Assembly (NCBI RefSeq): GCF_964355755.1
Contig: NC_092677.1
Coordinates: 25,035,175 to 25,099,174 of the forward strand
Length of the DNA: 64,000 bases
Origin: Antedon mediterranea
Lineage: Eukaryota; Animalia; Echinodermata
Direction of reading: 5' to 3'
Below are positions 49,764 to 62,944 of this stretch, piece by piece. The notes under the pieces were generated by a model. It saw only the letters and a list, made by a program, of their open reading frames with translations. It was not told where the DNA came from and searched no databases. Position 1 is the first letter of the stretch, and every line of letters begins with the position of its first letter. A program made the position numbers and the translations under genes.

Positions 49764-51178
49764 TACTGTAAGTTATGACCGGTCCCAACATAGCAGTTTC
49801 AAAATTTTATAATTCCATTATTTTTATCTTAATGCCTTGGGTAAGTTCCAATCATAATTTTTGTGTACTTAGAAATATTGTATTGAGTCTTGAAGACACT
49901 AACATCATTTTTAAACAATCATGCAGGGAATTATTTCGCTATTTTGGCATAGCAAAATGCTATACAAAATAACCTTATTGCAACACTAAAATTAAATAGC
50001 CAAAAAAAACTATACATATTATGTACTATGAATGGTGTAGTGTAATTGGGAAGATTGTAATTCAGGAATGTAATTTCACAGATTACTAATTTAATTGAGT
50101 GAATAAATAAGGCCACATACAGTAAATACAGGTCTATAAAATTATATGCTTCTGCAATGGCGGGATGCCACTCTTTTCTAAGAATCCAGCTCAGTTTAAT
50201 CCTGTTATCACAACTGGATTTTACCTCACCTTCCCACGCGCCGCAAAAATGTATTGTGCTTCAGCCCCCCTTCAGCCGCAGTGACTTACTTACTCTAGTG
50301 TGCTTCTAAAAGGCAAATTAAGATAAGCACAGCATACTTTTCAAAAAACATGTTTTCTTCATTAAGGCTGTCCTTGTTGGCCCCCGGGGGAGGAATAGGT
50401 GCTAGCAACAATACCAATTGTGGTGTAGCATACCTCCCCTGGGTGTGGGGTATGACATCACTGAGAATATATTACAGAAGCAACAGTTTATTTTATTGGG
50501 AATATGGCCAATCATTGAGAAATCTTCATTTCTGCAGTTAGTAATAGTAGGGCTGAAAATGTTTCTGTACATTCTGATAAAAGAAAATATTGGCTAAATT
50601 TTGTTTTTCAACTCACTGAATTGCATCATTTATGGAATTAAAACTAAAAGAAGTTTCATTAACTTTTATTTTATTTGTTTATTCAATCTTTTCATTCATG
50701 AAGAAATTTTCATTTGTTAACAAAATAAATGAACATTCCAATCACATCAGGCTTCGATAATAAACCCAATAGTGTACTGTACAATCTGTACAATACATTA
50801 ACCATACTTTACTGTAGATGCTGTTCTATAATTCATTGTTGGATAACATAATTAATTGAATTGTATTACTGTAATTGGTAAATTGTTCATTTAGTTTCAA
50901 TTGAATTAATTTAAATTCTTTCTAAAAATAGAGACAAAACATAGATTGTAGATTTATTTATTACAACATTTATGTGAAGTTTGAAGGAGATAACTTCACT
51001 TTAATTGTGAAAACAATTTATTTTGCTGCAGTTGATTGATTGGTTTAAATCTAAATAGATTGTAATTTTTTAAAGAATAGATATAGAAGAATCAATTAAT
51101 TATTAATCAATTGTTATAGATGTAGTAGATATTCAGTGTTCATAATGTCTCCCTCCCTCTCACAATACATTATTACAA

Positions 51179-51286
51179 AGCTCACTATCAAACTAGTTTG
51201 ACAAAAAAAGTGGGATAAGCCCAAATATGGTAGTATGGGCACATCACATTTTTTGTCACATAAAGTTTGATAGTGTAGACAGAGCT
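51179..51286. mobile_element. MITE family A copy (internally deleted)
   Basis: AGCTCACTATCAAACTAGTTTGAC...AGTTTGATAGTGTAGACAGAGCT. Confidence 0.75.
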
Positions 51287-52376
51287 TTACAATGAAGAAT
51301 CATGTGACAGTTAAACATGGTGCAGTATCATGTCTTTTGACAGAAATTCAAATCTTCATCATATATGATACTGTATAATGAAAGGAATTTAGATGGTAAT
51401 AGATATTCAGCTGCAATGGAAATAGGATTCTGTAATTTATGCACACAAACTATAAATACAAACACATAATTAATTCATATCTAATCTACCCTACAGTATT
51501 ACCACACCATCTCACCTGTATATTTACATAACATACTTAACACACCTGTTCAGCAATCCTATCCTTTGATCTTTTCCTCCACTTACCTGATTACTCAACA
51601 CATGTCAATCATACTATGACGGGTGTCCACTTACGAGGTTCCCATCTCATCCCAACAGGACTATTTGAATTTTCAATTTGGAGAAATTAGATAGAATTAA
51701 CAATGAGAAACATAACTCGTGGTTAATAAAAAATACAACACGGGACATGCCTTAAAAAAACGTCCTAATATAGTGAATAAATCATAATGGTGTGAAATGT
51801 ATGACCGTTTATTAAGAAATATACCATCATTTAAGTATGATGTTGAAAGTAATATAAATTTAAAGTCTAAATATAATTTTGCAGCTTCTTCTATATCATG
51901 AGAAAATTTTAAAACAAGACTTTCTGTGGTAATGAATTAAAATAAATCTAAGTACTGTGAGAAAGATCTGAATTTGTTTTAGCTATAATTATAGCATGTG
52001 GATTTGTAAAAGTAAATGAGACATACAAATTGAAATAGATGGTATGCCACTTTTTCAATCAAATATTTCCCACCCAGCTTAAAATGTATTTTAAGACAAC
52101 CCATCCCATCTGCCCTCCCCACCCACCTCCCCACCAACACTCTCCCCGGCCTAACATACAGTAACATCCCCCGCCCCAATAAAAAACCCTCATGGGTACA
52201 GTTACCTAAAAGATACGGTTTTTGTTTTTTCCCACACCCCCATAAACTTTGACACGGTACCCTAGACTTCTCAGAGCCTACTGTATGTCTGTAACTTCAC
52301 AGAAAACTAATTGTTGCATGTTTGTCTCCTGAAGTTATTGCAAAACAGCAATATTTAATATGGTTTTACCAATCTT

Positions 52377-52688
52377 GGAGCAGTCACTGTGGCACAGTGG
52401 TTAGAGCATTGGACTTGCAATCAAGACTTTGTCGGCTCAAGCCCCGGCTCGGTCACTGCAGTGTTGAGTCCTTGAGCAAGATTCTTTATCCACATTGTTC
52501 TCCCCACCCAGGTGATAGAAATGGGTACCAGTATGTAAAAAGTACTGGGAAGGTAAATCAGACTCGTTTGTGCGGGAGTACCCCCGACAAACACTTAGTG
52601 GAGTCTGGCCCAAACGCTAAAGAAATGGAGATGGGCACCACGGCCGTTAGCATTAGCTTAGGTTTCGACTTTACCTTTACCTTTACCT
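52377..52688 (+). mobile_element. Full-length tRNA-derived SINE with CORE-like domain and (TTTACC)n tail
   Basis: A-box TGGCACAGTGG and B-box-like GGCTCAAGCCC. Central TCCTTGAGCAAG...CCACCCAGGTG...AATGGGTACC. TSD ATCTT at 52372-52376 and 52689-52693. Confidence 0.88.
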
Positions 52689-53775
52689 ATCTTAACACCT
52701 CTTGGGTACAGTACCTTGTATACTAATTTCCCCCCCCCCCCACATACCTGTTTAACATCTACTGTACACCTAACCTTCTTGCATGTCTGTAACTTCAGAG
52801 AAAATGATTGCATGTTTGTTTCCTGAAGTTATTGCAAAACAGCAATTTATTTAATATGATTTTACCAATCTTAACACCTCTTGGATAATTTACAAAATTA
52901 ATTCACAAGAAAATTCAAAATCTTCTCCATCTCCAATTGAAACAAGCTGTTCATAATTGTGTAATCCTTTTCAAGTGTTTAACAAAAACGAAACTGTCAA
53001 AAAAAGGCTGATGTACTGTATCAATAAAAAATGTCAGTTTTTAAATATTAGAATTGTACAAATGACTTACAAATTGCATACTTATACAAGTAAACATGAA
53101 AAGTAACAATCAAACAATTTGTAAGATAATTAATGTAATTACTTTTAATGAACTTTACATTGGCCTACAAAGTTTGTAAATGATTATGTTATTCTGTCTC
53201 TTTTGATGTTTTTATATGGTGTTTTTTATTATGAATGTAACGGGGAGCTGAGTCTTACATTTTGTATTTATTATGTGACAATAAAGTATAATGTCTACAA
53301 TATGTCCATGCTTGTACAAATATACATGTTTGATGCTCAATTCATTTAATTGGAATATTATTTCTTTGAATTGTAAAAGAATGTGTGTCATAATTCTCTG
53401 GTTATTTGTGTTCTAAAGTACTCAGTAGTCAGAGTGGATACAATTTGCTTTATTGTTCATTTCCAAGTAACATTAATGTAAATACGGCCTTTAAATTGTA
53501 AACTCAAACAGCTGTATGTAAAGTTTTATTGTGTTATTCCACAATGATTAACTACACTTTAAATTTGTCAATTCTTTTTTTCTTTAAGTTTCAGAGGTTG
53601 TATTGTACACTAATATGTAAAAATAAGTCTCATTCTATTCTTCTCTTCCAAGTAAAGTGATTAATTATAGTACTCGTTTTTTGTATTTTTCCTTACATTT
53701 ATTATATTGTATCTGAGCTGTACAATATCTTTAATAACTTAAGAAAGAGGACTACTCACTGCCACTCTAGTCTAA

Positions 53776-53890
53776 ACCTCTGTTTACACTATTAAACTAG
53801 TTTGACAAAAAAAGTTTGATATGCTTAAATATGGTAGTGATACTGTATGTCCATATAGGGGCACATCAAATTTTGTTGTCACATAAACTT
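53776..53890. mobile_element. MITE family A copy, right end interrupted by the Crypton-like element
   Basis: CTCTGTTTACACTATTAAACTAGTTTGAC...GTCACATAAA runs directly into the 53893 element. Confidence 0.65.
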
Positions 53891-53892
53891 TT

Positions 53893-54198
53893 TTATATAA
53901 CACCTAAATAAATTCCTGTCATTTGATTGGACGAATGTGGGTCACATGGCGTGCAATAGTACGCACTATTCAACGATCGTTAAATAGTACTTTTTTTTTT
54001 TTTTTTTTTTTTTTTATTTAGATGTTATATAAAACAAATAATGAATGTTTTGTATTTGTGTAATGGTACAAATAATGGCACTTGGTGAATGATGAAAGGT
54101 TATATCAACTCGGCTTTGCCTCATTGATATAACCTTTCATCATTCACCTCGTGCCATTATTTGTACCATTGCACTCATAAACATTCATTATTTGTATA
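53893..54198 (-). mobile_element. Second, inverted copy of the palindromic element of about 300 bp (Crypton-like)
   Basis: Reverse complement of 35244-35546 with few differences, mainly an expanded poly-T. Confidence 0.7.
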
Positions 54199-55814
54199 AT
54201 AATGTAGGTCTGTCTGTTCTACTTTGGGACTGTAGTGGGTTGGTTCTACTGATAGTCCATTGGGAACTTCTGATGCTAATTATTTGGCAGCATCATTTTG
54301 TTATCTTTTATTGATCGTCTTGCTTCTACTATTCCTGGATTTTTAACATTTTATCCTTGTCCCTTCCTCTTTTTTCTCTCTTCCATAATCATTTCTAAGT
54401 TGTTTTCATCAGTGGTTTCCTCATCCATTCTTTGCACTTCTTCAACAATGACTGCAAGCAACTTTTTGTCACTGTTGTCTGCAGTGCAGTATCAGATCAC
54501 CCTTAATTTAGACTTACTATTTATTAAGGCATGACAATGCAAATTGTTTACTATCTTCACTGTTGATCCCTTCCTGTGACTCTCTGGCTAAGTAAGTCTT
54601 CGCTGTTGATCCCTCCCTTTATCTTTACCCTAATTGACAACTTTCTGTAGCAGATACTATTTCATGATGTTGATGGAATCTAGTCGCTTTGTAATTCTTG
54701 GTAATACTGTGACTCCCTAGGTTAGTAATATGTCTTCGCTGTTAATCCATCCCTATCTTAGCCTAATTAACAACTTACTGTAGCATCTTATACTAATTTC
54801 ATGAATGTCCATTTTGACGGAATTGAGTCGCTCTCTTTGTGACAAATTCTGTAACTTTAATTTAGGTCAAGTTCAAAAAGAATCCAAATAGATTAGTAAT
54901 CATCAATAATACCCTCTGACTCTATTAAATGATTTTAAGAATTATTATCCTTTGTGTGATATTGCTAGTCTGTAATAAATTTTGAATATCCTTGCATTTT
55001 TTTAATTTCTATTGGATTCTGCTGTATTTAAACAGAAACTTTCTATTTTAATTTTATACTACAGCATGTTTTTTTGTATGCAAAATTTTGCAATACCTCC
55101 CTCTATATTTGTTACACATTGTACAATTAGGAAAATAAATAGTATTTCCCATTTTCTTTCTTGTTGGTGTATTATTGTGACTCATTTTTTATAAGGCCCT
55201 TTTCAGACACTGCTGCGCCATAATATTTTGCGAATCATGCCGGCTTCTCTTGTCTAAGTCTAATAACGAAGCTGGCGCTGATAATGCCCTTATTTGGATC
55301 ATCGGCTTGAGGGCACTATTGATTGATTGATTGAATGTTTTATTTTGAATACAGTGATGGATTACTGCAGTGAAGATTTTAAATACAGTATATTTGTGTG
55401 TGTGTGTCAAAATGCTGTTTGTGATTTAGGCTAATTTCACTACAAGCATGTGTATGCGAGTTTGATGTAATGGTTATGTATAACAAGCTTTTCAACTAAC
55501 AATAGCGTCAGTTGACTAACAATAGAACAGCAACGCGAAAATCAAACAAGTGAATTTGAAAAGAAATAGGTTTTTTAAACTACTCGCATCAAACAACGTG
55601 CACATTAAATCAAATTATGTTTTAAAATTACAAATCACAAATGATAACTGTTGCCTCTTGTACAAAAAAAAAAAAGGTTTTGGACAAGTAGTTCTCGAGA
55701 AAGTGCAACTAGTTTACTTGTTACTTTAAGACTACTCGCCGGCTTTTGAAAAATGTTTTCCTATTTTTTAACACTAGCAGTTCTGAAAAGTATACTAAAA
55801 AGTAGTCCAGAATT

Positions 55815-55982
55815 GGGACCATGGTCCCAAATGGTCCCAAAATTTCATGGAATGGTCCTTGACCACATATCTCTCTGTATATTCATTTTGGTAAAGATCT
55901 TGTAATTACTTTTTGAGTAATCCTGCTAACAAACAAATAAATACTATACTTGGCAAAATTCCTTTTTTGCCAAGTAACAAAC
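55815..55982 (+). mobile_element. Possible Helentron/HINE-like 3' end
   Basis: ACTTTTTGAGTAATCCTGCTAACAAAC followed by the terminal hairpin CTTGGCAAAA-TTCCT-TTTTGCCAAG and then TAACAA. Confidence 0.4.
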
Positions 55983-56500
55983 ACACGCTACCGATTACAT
56001 ATTTATTTTATTTTATTTCATACTCATCCAACAGCGAGTAACCCGCCAATTACAGGATGGATAAACTATTTAATAATTTCACAAGACAAACATATACACA
56101 AGATGCTCTACAACAGAATTTTGTTTTTTGGCGGAGGTAAATGAAGAAGGTTGATGAATGGAGGGTAACAGAAAGCCTCTGTATTTACCGATATTATTAA
56201 TGATGGTATATATTTTCACATTGGTGTCTTTATTTTATTATGTTTGTTATGATACATTTCCAATTACTGTTCCACTTTGAAAATCAGTGAACTAGTACTG
56301 AAAGTGCCTGCAGAATAAATTAAATAACTAATAAAGCATGTACAGTAATTCTAAAATGTTTGAATAGGGGGGCATACTGTAGACAGCCGGCCCGGGGCCT
56401 ACATAAATTTCAGAATAACCCAATGCGAAAGACATTCACTTCAGCACGGTGTTTCACCATTATTTGGCCCTGAGTGGTACTTTCATGAAACACACTGTAC

Positions 56501-56612
56501 AGTAGTAGTAGGCCTATAGTAGTAGGCCTATGTGGTAGTAGTAGTAGGCCTATGTGGTAGTAGTAGTAGGCCTATAGTAGTCGGCCTATGTGGTAGTAGT
56601 AGTAGGCCTATA
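56501..56612. repeat. Short tandem repeat (AGTAGTAGGCCTATGTGGT-like)
   Basis: About five AGTAGGCCTAT units are visible. Confidence 0.85.
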
Positions 56613-56616
56613 AGTA

Positions 56617-56803
56617 AGGGCAACTCAGACAACATTGTATGACAAGTCGTCTCGTCTGGAGAAGATTAAACACCGTTCTCCCAGCGACCAGCAAACTACG
56701 CCGACACTATCTCATGACGACTCATTTGGATTCAATTTAGACAGCACCGACTAGTCAAGACGTTTCGTCGGGCCTCGTCGTACGACGCTGTCTGGGTTGG
56801 CCT
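56617..56803. mobile_element. Harbinger-like MITE (third family)
   Basis: Imperfect TIRs AGGGCAACTCAGACAACATTGTATGAC / GTCGTACGACGCTGTCTGGGTTGGCCT with TAA/TTA flanks. Confidence 0.55.
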
Positions 56804-58489
56804 TTAGTAAGCAATAGTAGTTTTGTAGGCCTATAGTATACTATAGCAACCTCTTTTATGCCTGCCATAAAGTGTGAGGTGTAAGGCTGGATGTTTGCTG
56901 AATCTACAGTTGTGCAATTTGAATTGACAGGCTACATTTATCCTCATTTGCCATAGGATACTGGCAATACTTAAGGTTTGCAGGGATCACACAAAGTGTT
57001 GACATGACCTTTTGACACTTCTCAATATTCTGTATTTTACAGAATTTTGGTTTTTTTTCGGTATTTTTCTTCATATCTGGAGTTTGTCTTGTGGTTTCGG
57101 CCTTCCAACCCGTTTTAGACAATTGAGGTCGTACGTATCCGTGTGACTACTCACCGACAAAGAATATGCCAACTAGTTGACTTTCATCACTTATATAATT
57201 TCACCGAAATAAAATTGAATTTTACCCATTATTAAAATGACTTCGCAATTTGACAATTTTTCTATAACTAGTCATTGTGATTTTTTGTAAATTTATCGTT
57301 CAAAGTGTACTTATGCTGACTCATTGTCAACCATTAGGGATGAATATTTCACTCTACCATTTACAATATTTCTTGTACAGTGCTGTACAGTGTGTTTCAT
57401 AAAAGTATAGCCGGAAAAACCGAGGCATATTTGCTCAAGGCCGTGGTGCCTACAGTATCTCAATTTTATTTAGACGTTTGGGCTAGACCCCACTGTATTG
57501 TGTATAGTTTTTTTGGGGGTCAGTCTCTCCCTCCTCACAAGCAAATTACTTTCCCAAACGTTTTGTAACTATTCCATTTTATTATGTCCTTTAGGGAGCC
57601 CACCATATATGAAAACAACCCCAATTCCAGTAGACAATGTGAAGTGATTTAGATATGTTTATCACGCTTACAAGTTCAATGGCTGCGCGAAGGAGGACTA
57701 TTCCATTTTTCTGCCGGTAGAAATGTTGATTAAAAATATCTTTTTAACAAATGTTTGATCATTTGATGAAAATCATTTAAATCATTGGTACCATTGTGCC
57801 TCCCTTTTCTTAATTTTTTTGCCCATGTGATTCTTTTTCAGAGCAATGCCCTAGTGGTTTTAATAAAATGTATAAATCTATACCAAAATAATTAGGTCAT
57901 CCATTGACCCATATAAATACCCCCTTTCCTAAACCATTGCCAATGTTTAGCCAATAGAAGAAGCTTCCTTCCTAGCAGATCAATGTCCTATCATTTCACA
58001 CCAAAATGCTGGTTCAACAAACTTAATCACGCCCCTAGGGTACGACAACTTAACATGGAATAATTAATTTCTTTGCGCGTCGTCTAATCAAATCTCGTCA
58101 TTTGTAACATCTTTGATTGTATTTTGGTAACATTCTTAGAATATCTTGAAGAATTACCATCTTTTTTATGAATCAACTCGAATGTTTATTTTATAGATAT
58201 TTTAGTTTTCCTTGCACAATTTTTCTGTGCCTTTTCTCTGAAAAAACAGTTGATTTTTTATACAAATTGTGAGAGACTTTGCCGCGATCTTGACTCCTGA
58301 TTAACAACTCTGTGTGAAGGAAAAGTATTTTTTAAACAAGAACACTGGCTCCTAGAGTACCCTTGTGAGTTTGTTAAAAAGTGGTGACGTTCAATTGTTC
58401 TAAACCTTGATAAACTTCACAATACTATGGATATATTTGATTTAATGTCTGCTATTTTCATAATTATTAATACTTCCTTAATATTCTAA

Positions 58490-58648
58490 AGCTCTGTCTG
58501 CACTATCAAACGTTATTTGACAACAAAATGTTATGTGTCCATATATGGACATGATGATATCATCACTACCATATTTGGGCATATCACTATCATATTAGGG
58601 CACAACACACTTTTTTTGTCAAACTGGTTTGATAGTGCAGACAGAGCT
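58490..58648. mobile_element. MITE family A copy
   Basis: AGCTCTGTCTGCACTATCAAAC...GTTTGATAGTGCAGACAGAGCT. Confidence 0.85.
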
Positions 58649-59356
58649 TTATAATTTCATAGACTTTTAAAAAACAGATGCTCCTCCTACCCCTTTACTG
58701 CACAGTGGTTCAAACCATAAAAGTGATATTTGCTTTATAACATTTTCTTAATATTTGTTTATACTGTAGTAAAGAATTTATTATTTCATTATCCAAAATA
58801 TCACTTTTGTAGGCTTCTAAGTGAAAGTACAGATCATATAATTATCATTATACAGATCTTTCTTTCAACAGCTGTTATTCTTCACTTTTGTCATTTTTTG
58901 TCCCTTTAAGCTTTTCCCTACCAATTTTAGAACATCACCAACTTGTCAGTCTGAATGTGACGACGCCAAGGGAAGATATAATTAGTTTAGTCAAAAGTTG
59001 ATTAACTTGTCCCATTGGACACAATCCCGCGTTTGGTCTATAACATTCAATGTATTTCCTACTGTATAATCTGTGGTTAGTTCCAATTTTATTTTTTTAG
59101 AAACATTCTTTTTATATTGAACTCTGTTTGTTTAAATACTATCAACAAAATATGTCTAATATTATGTCATATGAATTTGTTTAACTGAAGTAAATGTTAT
59201 TCTTCTTCACTAATGTGGATTTGAAACTCCTGAACATTTTTGCTAAAGTCTGTTTTTTTTCTACTTGTAATTTACCCAGTTATTTTTTTTATGGATAAAA
59301 GGAACATCTTGATGTATAAATTTATGTAGGCCCTTGTTTAAAGGTGAAAAGTCAAA

Positions 59357-59521
59357 AGCGCTGTCTACACTATCAAACTTTATGTGAAAAAAAAATGTGA
59401 TGTGCCCATATATGGACATGATATGTCATATTAAAACTATATTTAAGCGTATAGTATCACTACCATATTTGGGCACATCACACTTTTTTTTTTCAAGCTA
59501 GTTTATAGTGTAGACAGAGCT
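59357..59521. mobile_element. MITE family A copy
   Basis: AGCGCTGTCTACACTATCAAAC...TAGTGTAGACAGAGCT. Confidence 0.8.
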
Positions 59522-61634
59522 TTTTGACTTTGCCACTTTCTGGAAACTGCCTGACAGCGTTTATATTTTTTCCTATGTACAGTAAATACTTATTGTTTTT
59601 CATAGTGCCCTCTATAGGTTAATGCCACTTTTTTCTCTCTGAAATGCATTTATAACTTCTCCCGATATTTCTCTTTTGCAATTTTTTCTTTTCCAGTACC
59701 TCTATCAAATAATTGCGATTGGTCTTTAGTCCACATCAATGCATTGTTGTAATTACCCAATATTACCTGAATACTTAAAATGTAAAGATCCTGTGCATTA
59801 TATCATCTGATTGGTTTTCGCTGAACTATGATTAAAGAAGGTCATTTATAAATTAAATTTTAATCCTGATGACCAGGGCATGGAAAGTAGGCCACAGAGA
59901 GGACAATGGCTTCCTTGGTATTTCCTGGTTCATAGATAAGTCTATGATTTGAACTTCTGCCTCTGGGCTAATTCTCATTTATGGCAATGCCCCTTAAAAG
60001 AGTTTGAAATTTTACACAAACCGTGGTATAGAAATGAAGGAGATGTGATCAAAATATTTTGGCGCCATGGCAACAGGACAGTAACGGAAGTTTGTGTCAT
60101 ATTACGTGTAATATAAAAATATAATAATAGGAAAAATGAAATCTTGATTTATAATTTTTTACTTGTTGAATTCAAGCTTTAAAAGATTAAGTAATTGATG
60201 ACAAATTTTGTTCTTTAAAATGCATAAAAAATAGAAGTATTCTCCCCTCCCCTTTTCCTTTTTTATCCCTCCTAATTATTTGCTTGTTTTACTGTAACTG
60301 GAATATTGGAAACACTTATTAATTTGTACATTGTTGTCTGACCAATAGTTATTTCTCCTCTTCTCTTTATACACATCCAAGTAACTCGCCAATTACAGGA
60401 TAGATAAACTATTTAATAATTTATCATGCTTATAAAGTCTCATTTGAGGCTTAGGGAGTGGAATTGAAAGAGGTATGATTTACAACCTAGTACAGTACTA
60501 TTTAGGTCAAGAGAGTGAACCCCAGCACTAGGTCAGGATTGAACCCCAGACTTTGGGATTGGAAGGCAAGCATGATACCACCAAGCTACTGTACAGCTCA
60601 TACATTGCAATGCCATATTACAGAATTTAATCGGCCTTTCAATTCAAATGTTCCCTAATCATTACTTTCCCCTTATCAATGTCGAGATCTATCATGTTGT
60701 TTAACATCAAGGAAACGCATAGGAGTGGTTACGTATGACGAGTCTAGTAACATTATTAGCGGGCACTGTTTGCGGTGAAAATGACAAGACTCGAACCCAA
60801 TCAGGCAGGTGATCCGCGTCAACAGTTGCGGTACATGCCTGCATCGATGATTCGATGAGGGTGTATCTGGGCTGCTGTGTATCACTCTTTACCAACTGCT
60901 TCGAAAACGTCAACTAACGAAACGACAGTTGTTGTTAAGAATGCAACAAATCAAGGACACGGGTTGCCATGTGTCCGTATTTGTTTCTATTTTTATGAAA
61001 ATAATTATTATTTTGTTCAAAACATTTTTTAATCCAAAAATAAAAAAAGAAATATTTTATATGCTTTGCTTTTGGATTTTGAAACTTTCTAAATATAAAA
61101 AAACACATTAAATTTACAAAATAAAACTTTTTATTATTAAATAATATGCATAAATAGAAACTTTATACCCATTAGAGTTTGCACATACAGTAAAGAGTAA
61201 AAATATATATATATTTTTAATTTATACTAGACCTTTTTAAATTGACCTGACTTAAGTTATAGCAGACTTCCTTTATATACTTTAAAAAAAGAACTTGTTT
61301 TGCATTTAATTTAAAAATGTGTTTTCTCAATTTTAAAACTATAATATTTATTGTAGTAAACCTTTCCTTGCTTTAATTAACAGGAAAGTGTAATTAAAGT
61401 TTCTGAACTTAAACTCCCAAAACACTATATCTGATCATACCATGGGCGAATTATTTATATAATTAATTTTTCTCGATGATCAGACTGTGTCCCATGTCTA
61501 TTTTTAGTGGAATTTTAGTCCCCTCTTCATAATGTGTACGTACGTTAGTATTACTATATGCGGCCTCTATACCATGAGAAAGTACTGTACACTGTCCACA
61601 ATGAGTTTTTAGTATGAAATTGAGTAATAGACCA

Positions 61635-61965
61635 TTTTGAAAACTAAAAGTAGGTCTATTTTTGTTCTTGTGTTATGCACTCTTAATAAAACCTGGTCCG
61701 TTATTGGAAATACCCACTAACTGTAGCACTTTAGCCCTTCTTGCCTTGGTATAATATTATGAAGACTAAAAATAGGTCTATTTTTGTTCTTGTGTTATGC
61801 TACTAAAACCTTATTCGTTATTAAAAAAATACCCACTGACTGTAGAGATTTAGCCCTTCTTGCTTTGGTATAATATTTTGAAGACTGAGAGGTCCATTTT
61901 GGTTAGAAAGTCTTAGAAAGTCAATCACTATTTTACAAAACCTGATCAGTTATTGGAAATGTCCA
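61635..61965. repeat. Tandem repeat of about 120 bp, 2-3 copies
   Basis: TAGGTCTATTTTTGTTCTTGTGTTATGC...AATACCCACT.ACTGTAG...TTTAGCCCTTCTTGC.TTGGTATAATATT is repeated. Confidence 0.8.
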
Positions 61966-62014
61966 CTTTTTGCTTTTTACAAAATTATCCAGAATATTTC
62001 GATATATTTGCTTA

Positions 62015-62176
62015 AGTTCTGTACACTATCAAACTAGTTTAACGAAAAAACTGTGATGACGTGCCCCAATATGATAGTGATGTGCCCAAGTATGGTAGTT
62101 ATATGACATCATCTTGTCCATATATGGTCACATCACATTTTTTTTTCACATCAATTTTGATAGTGTAGACAGAGCT
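62015..62176. mobile_element. MITE family A copy
   Basis: TCTGTACACTATCAAACTAG...TTTGATAGTGTAGACAGAGCT. Confidence 0.8.
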
Positions 62177-62839
62177 TTATACTATAGTCCGAGTCTTAAT
62201 TCAATTGAACCGTTAGAAATGAAAGTTCAATAATATTGGCAATTAAGAGACTCATATTAATAAATTGTGTCTGTTTGCGGTTGATTTAAAATAATGAACA
62301 TTCATTGGTCAGTCTTTAACAGTTCATGAAAGTCAAGGCTACTAAAACATACACTGAGTATAAATTTTCTTGTATCTATCTTTACATTACTTTAAATTTA
62401 CTGTGTTGAGTGATATAAGGCAGTCGATGTCATTTAGAAATTGTCACTTGATGTTGTCACTTGTGCGCATAACATCATGTGATCATTTTGGATTAGTCAC
62501 ATGTTGACAAACATTCATTCATGTTCATAATCTTGTTGATAGTAATTATGGTAATTAATTATTAATAGGTTATTTGCACTATGTGGATAACCCTTGTGAT
62601 TTAAATATTAATGCTTTTTTCACATTATTTTTTATTTCTTTTTACTATTTTTGTCGGGGAGTTTCTCCGTAACGTGTAAACAGCAAAAACAAAACTTTCA
62701 AATTGGTCAGCATATACCTTTATCTGAACAAACTGAACTGAGGGATGGTGATCAATTTACTATTTGTAATCCTTGGCTACATGTGCCTAGACAGACATAA
62801 AATATAATCAATAGATAAAGTAAAACTTGGTTGTAATAC

Positions 62840-62858
62840 CATGGAGAAATTCTCCATG
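62840..62858. mobile_element. 19-bp palindromic micro-element or footprint with 7-bp TSD
   Basis: CATGGAGAA-A-TTCTCCATG flanked by GTAATAC at 62833-62839 and 62859-62865. Confidence 0.6.
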
Positions 62859-62944
62859 GTAATACACACACATAAATAAAATTCATAAATATTGTTTCCT
62901 GAGGTTATCAGAGAATGTGGTTTTATACATGGTTGAATTTAAAA

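Noticed and set aside
52322-52726. 134-aa ORF, and a possible tRNA gene
   Set aside because: The ORF spans a SINE. The tRNA-like head continues into a SINE body and tail with a TSD and lacks a proper acceptor stem.
54210-54500. Acidic coding-like stretch on the minus strand (EEVQRMDEETTDENNLEMIMEEKKEE)
   Set aside because: It is interrupted by stops, with no convincing splice partners or family motif. At most it is a decayed fragment.
57388-58400. Possible decayed Tc1/mariner transposase on the minus strand (TACAGTGTGTTTCATAAAAG end, coding-like fragments)
   Set aside because: It has many stops and frameshifts, and I could not identify a matching second TIR or a DDE/D motif by eye.
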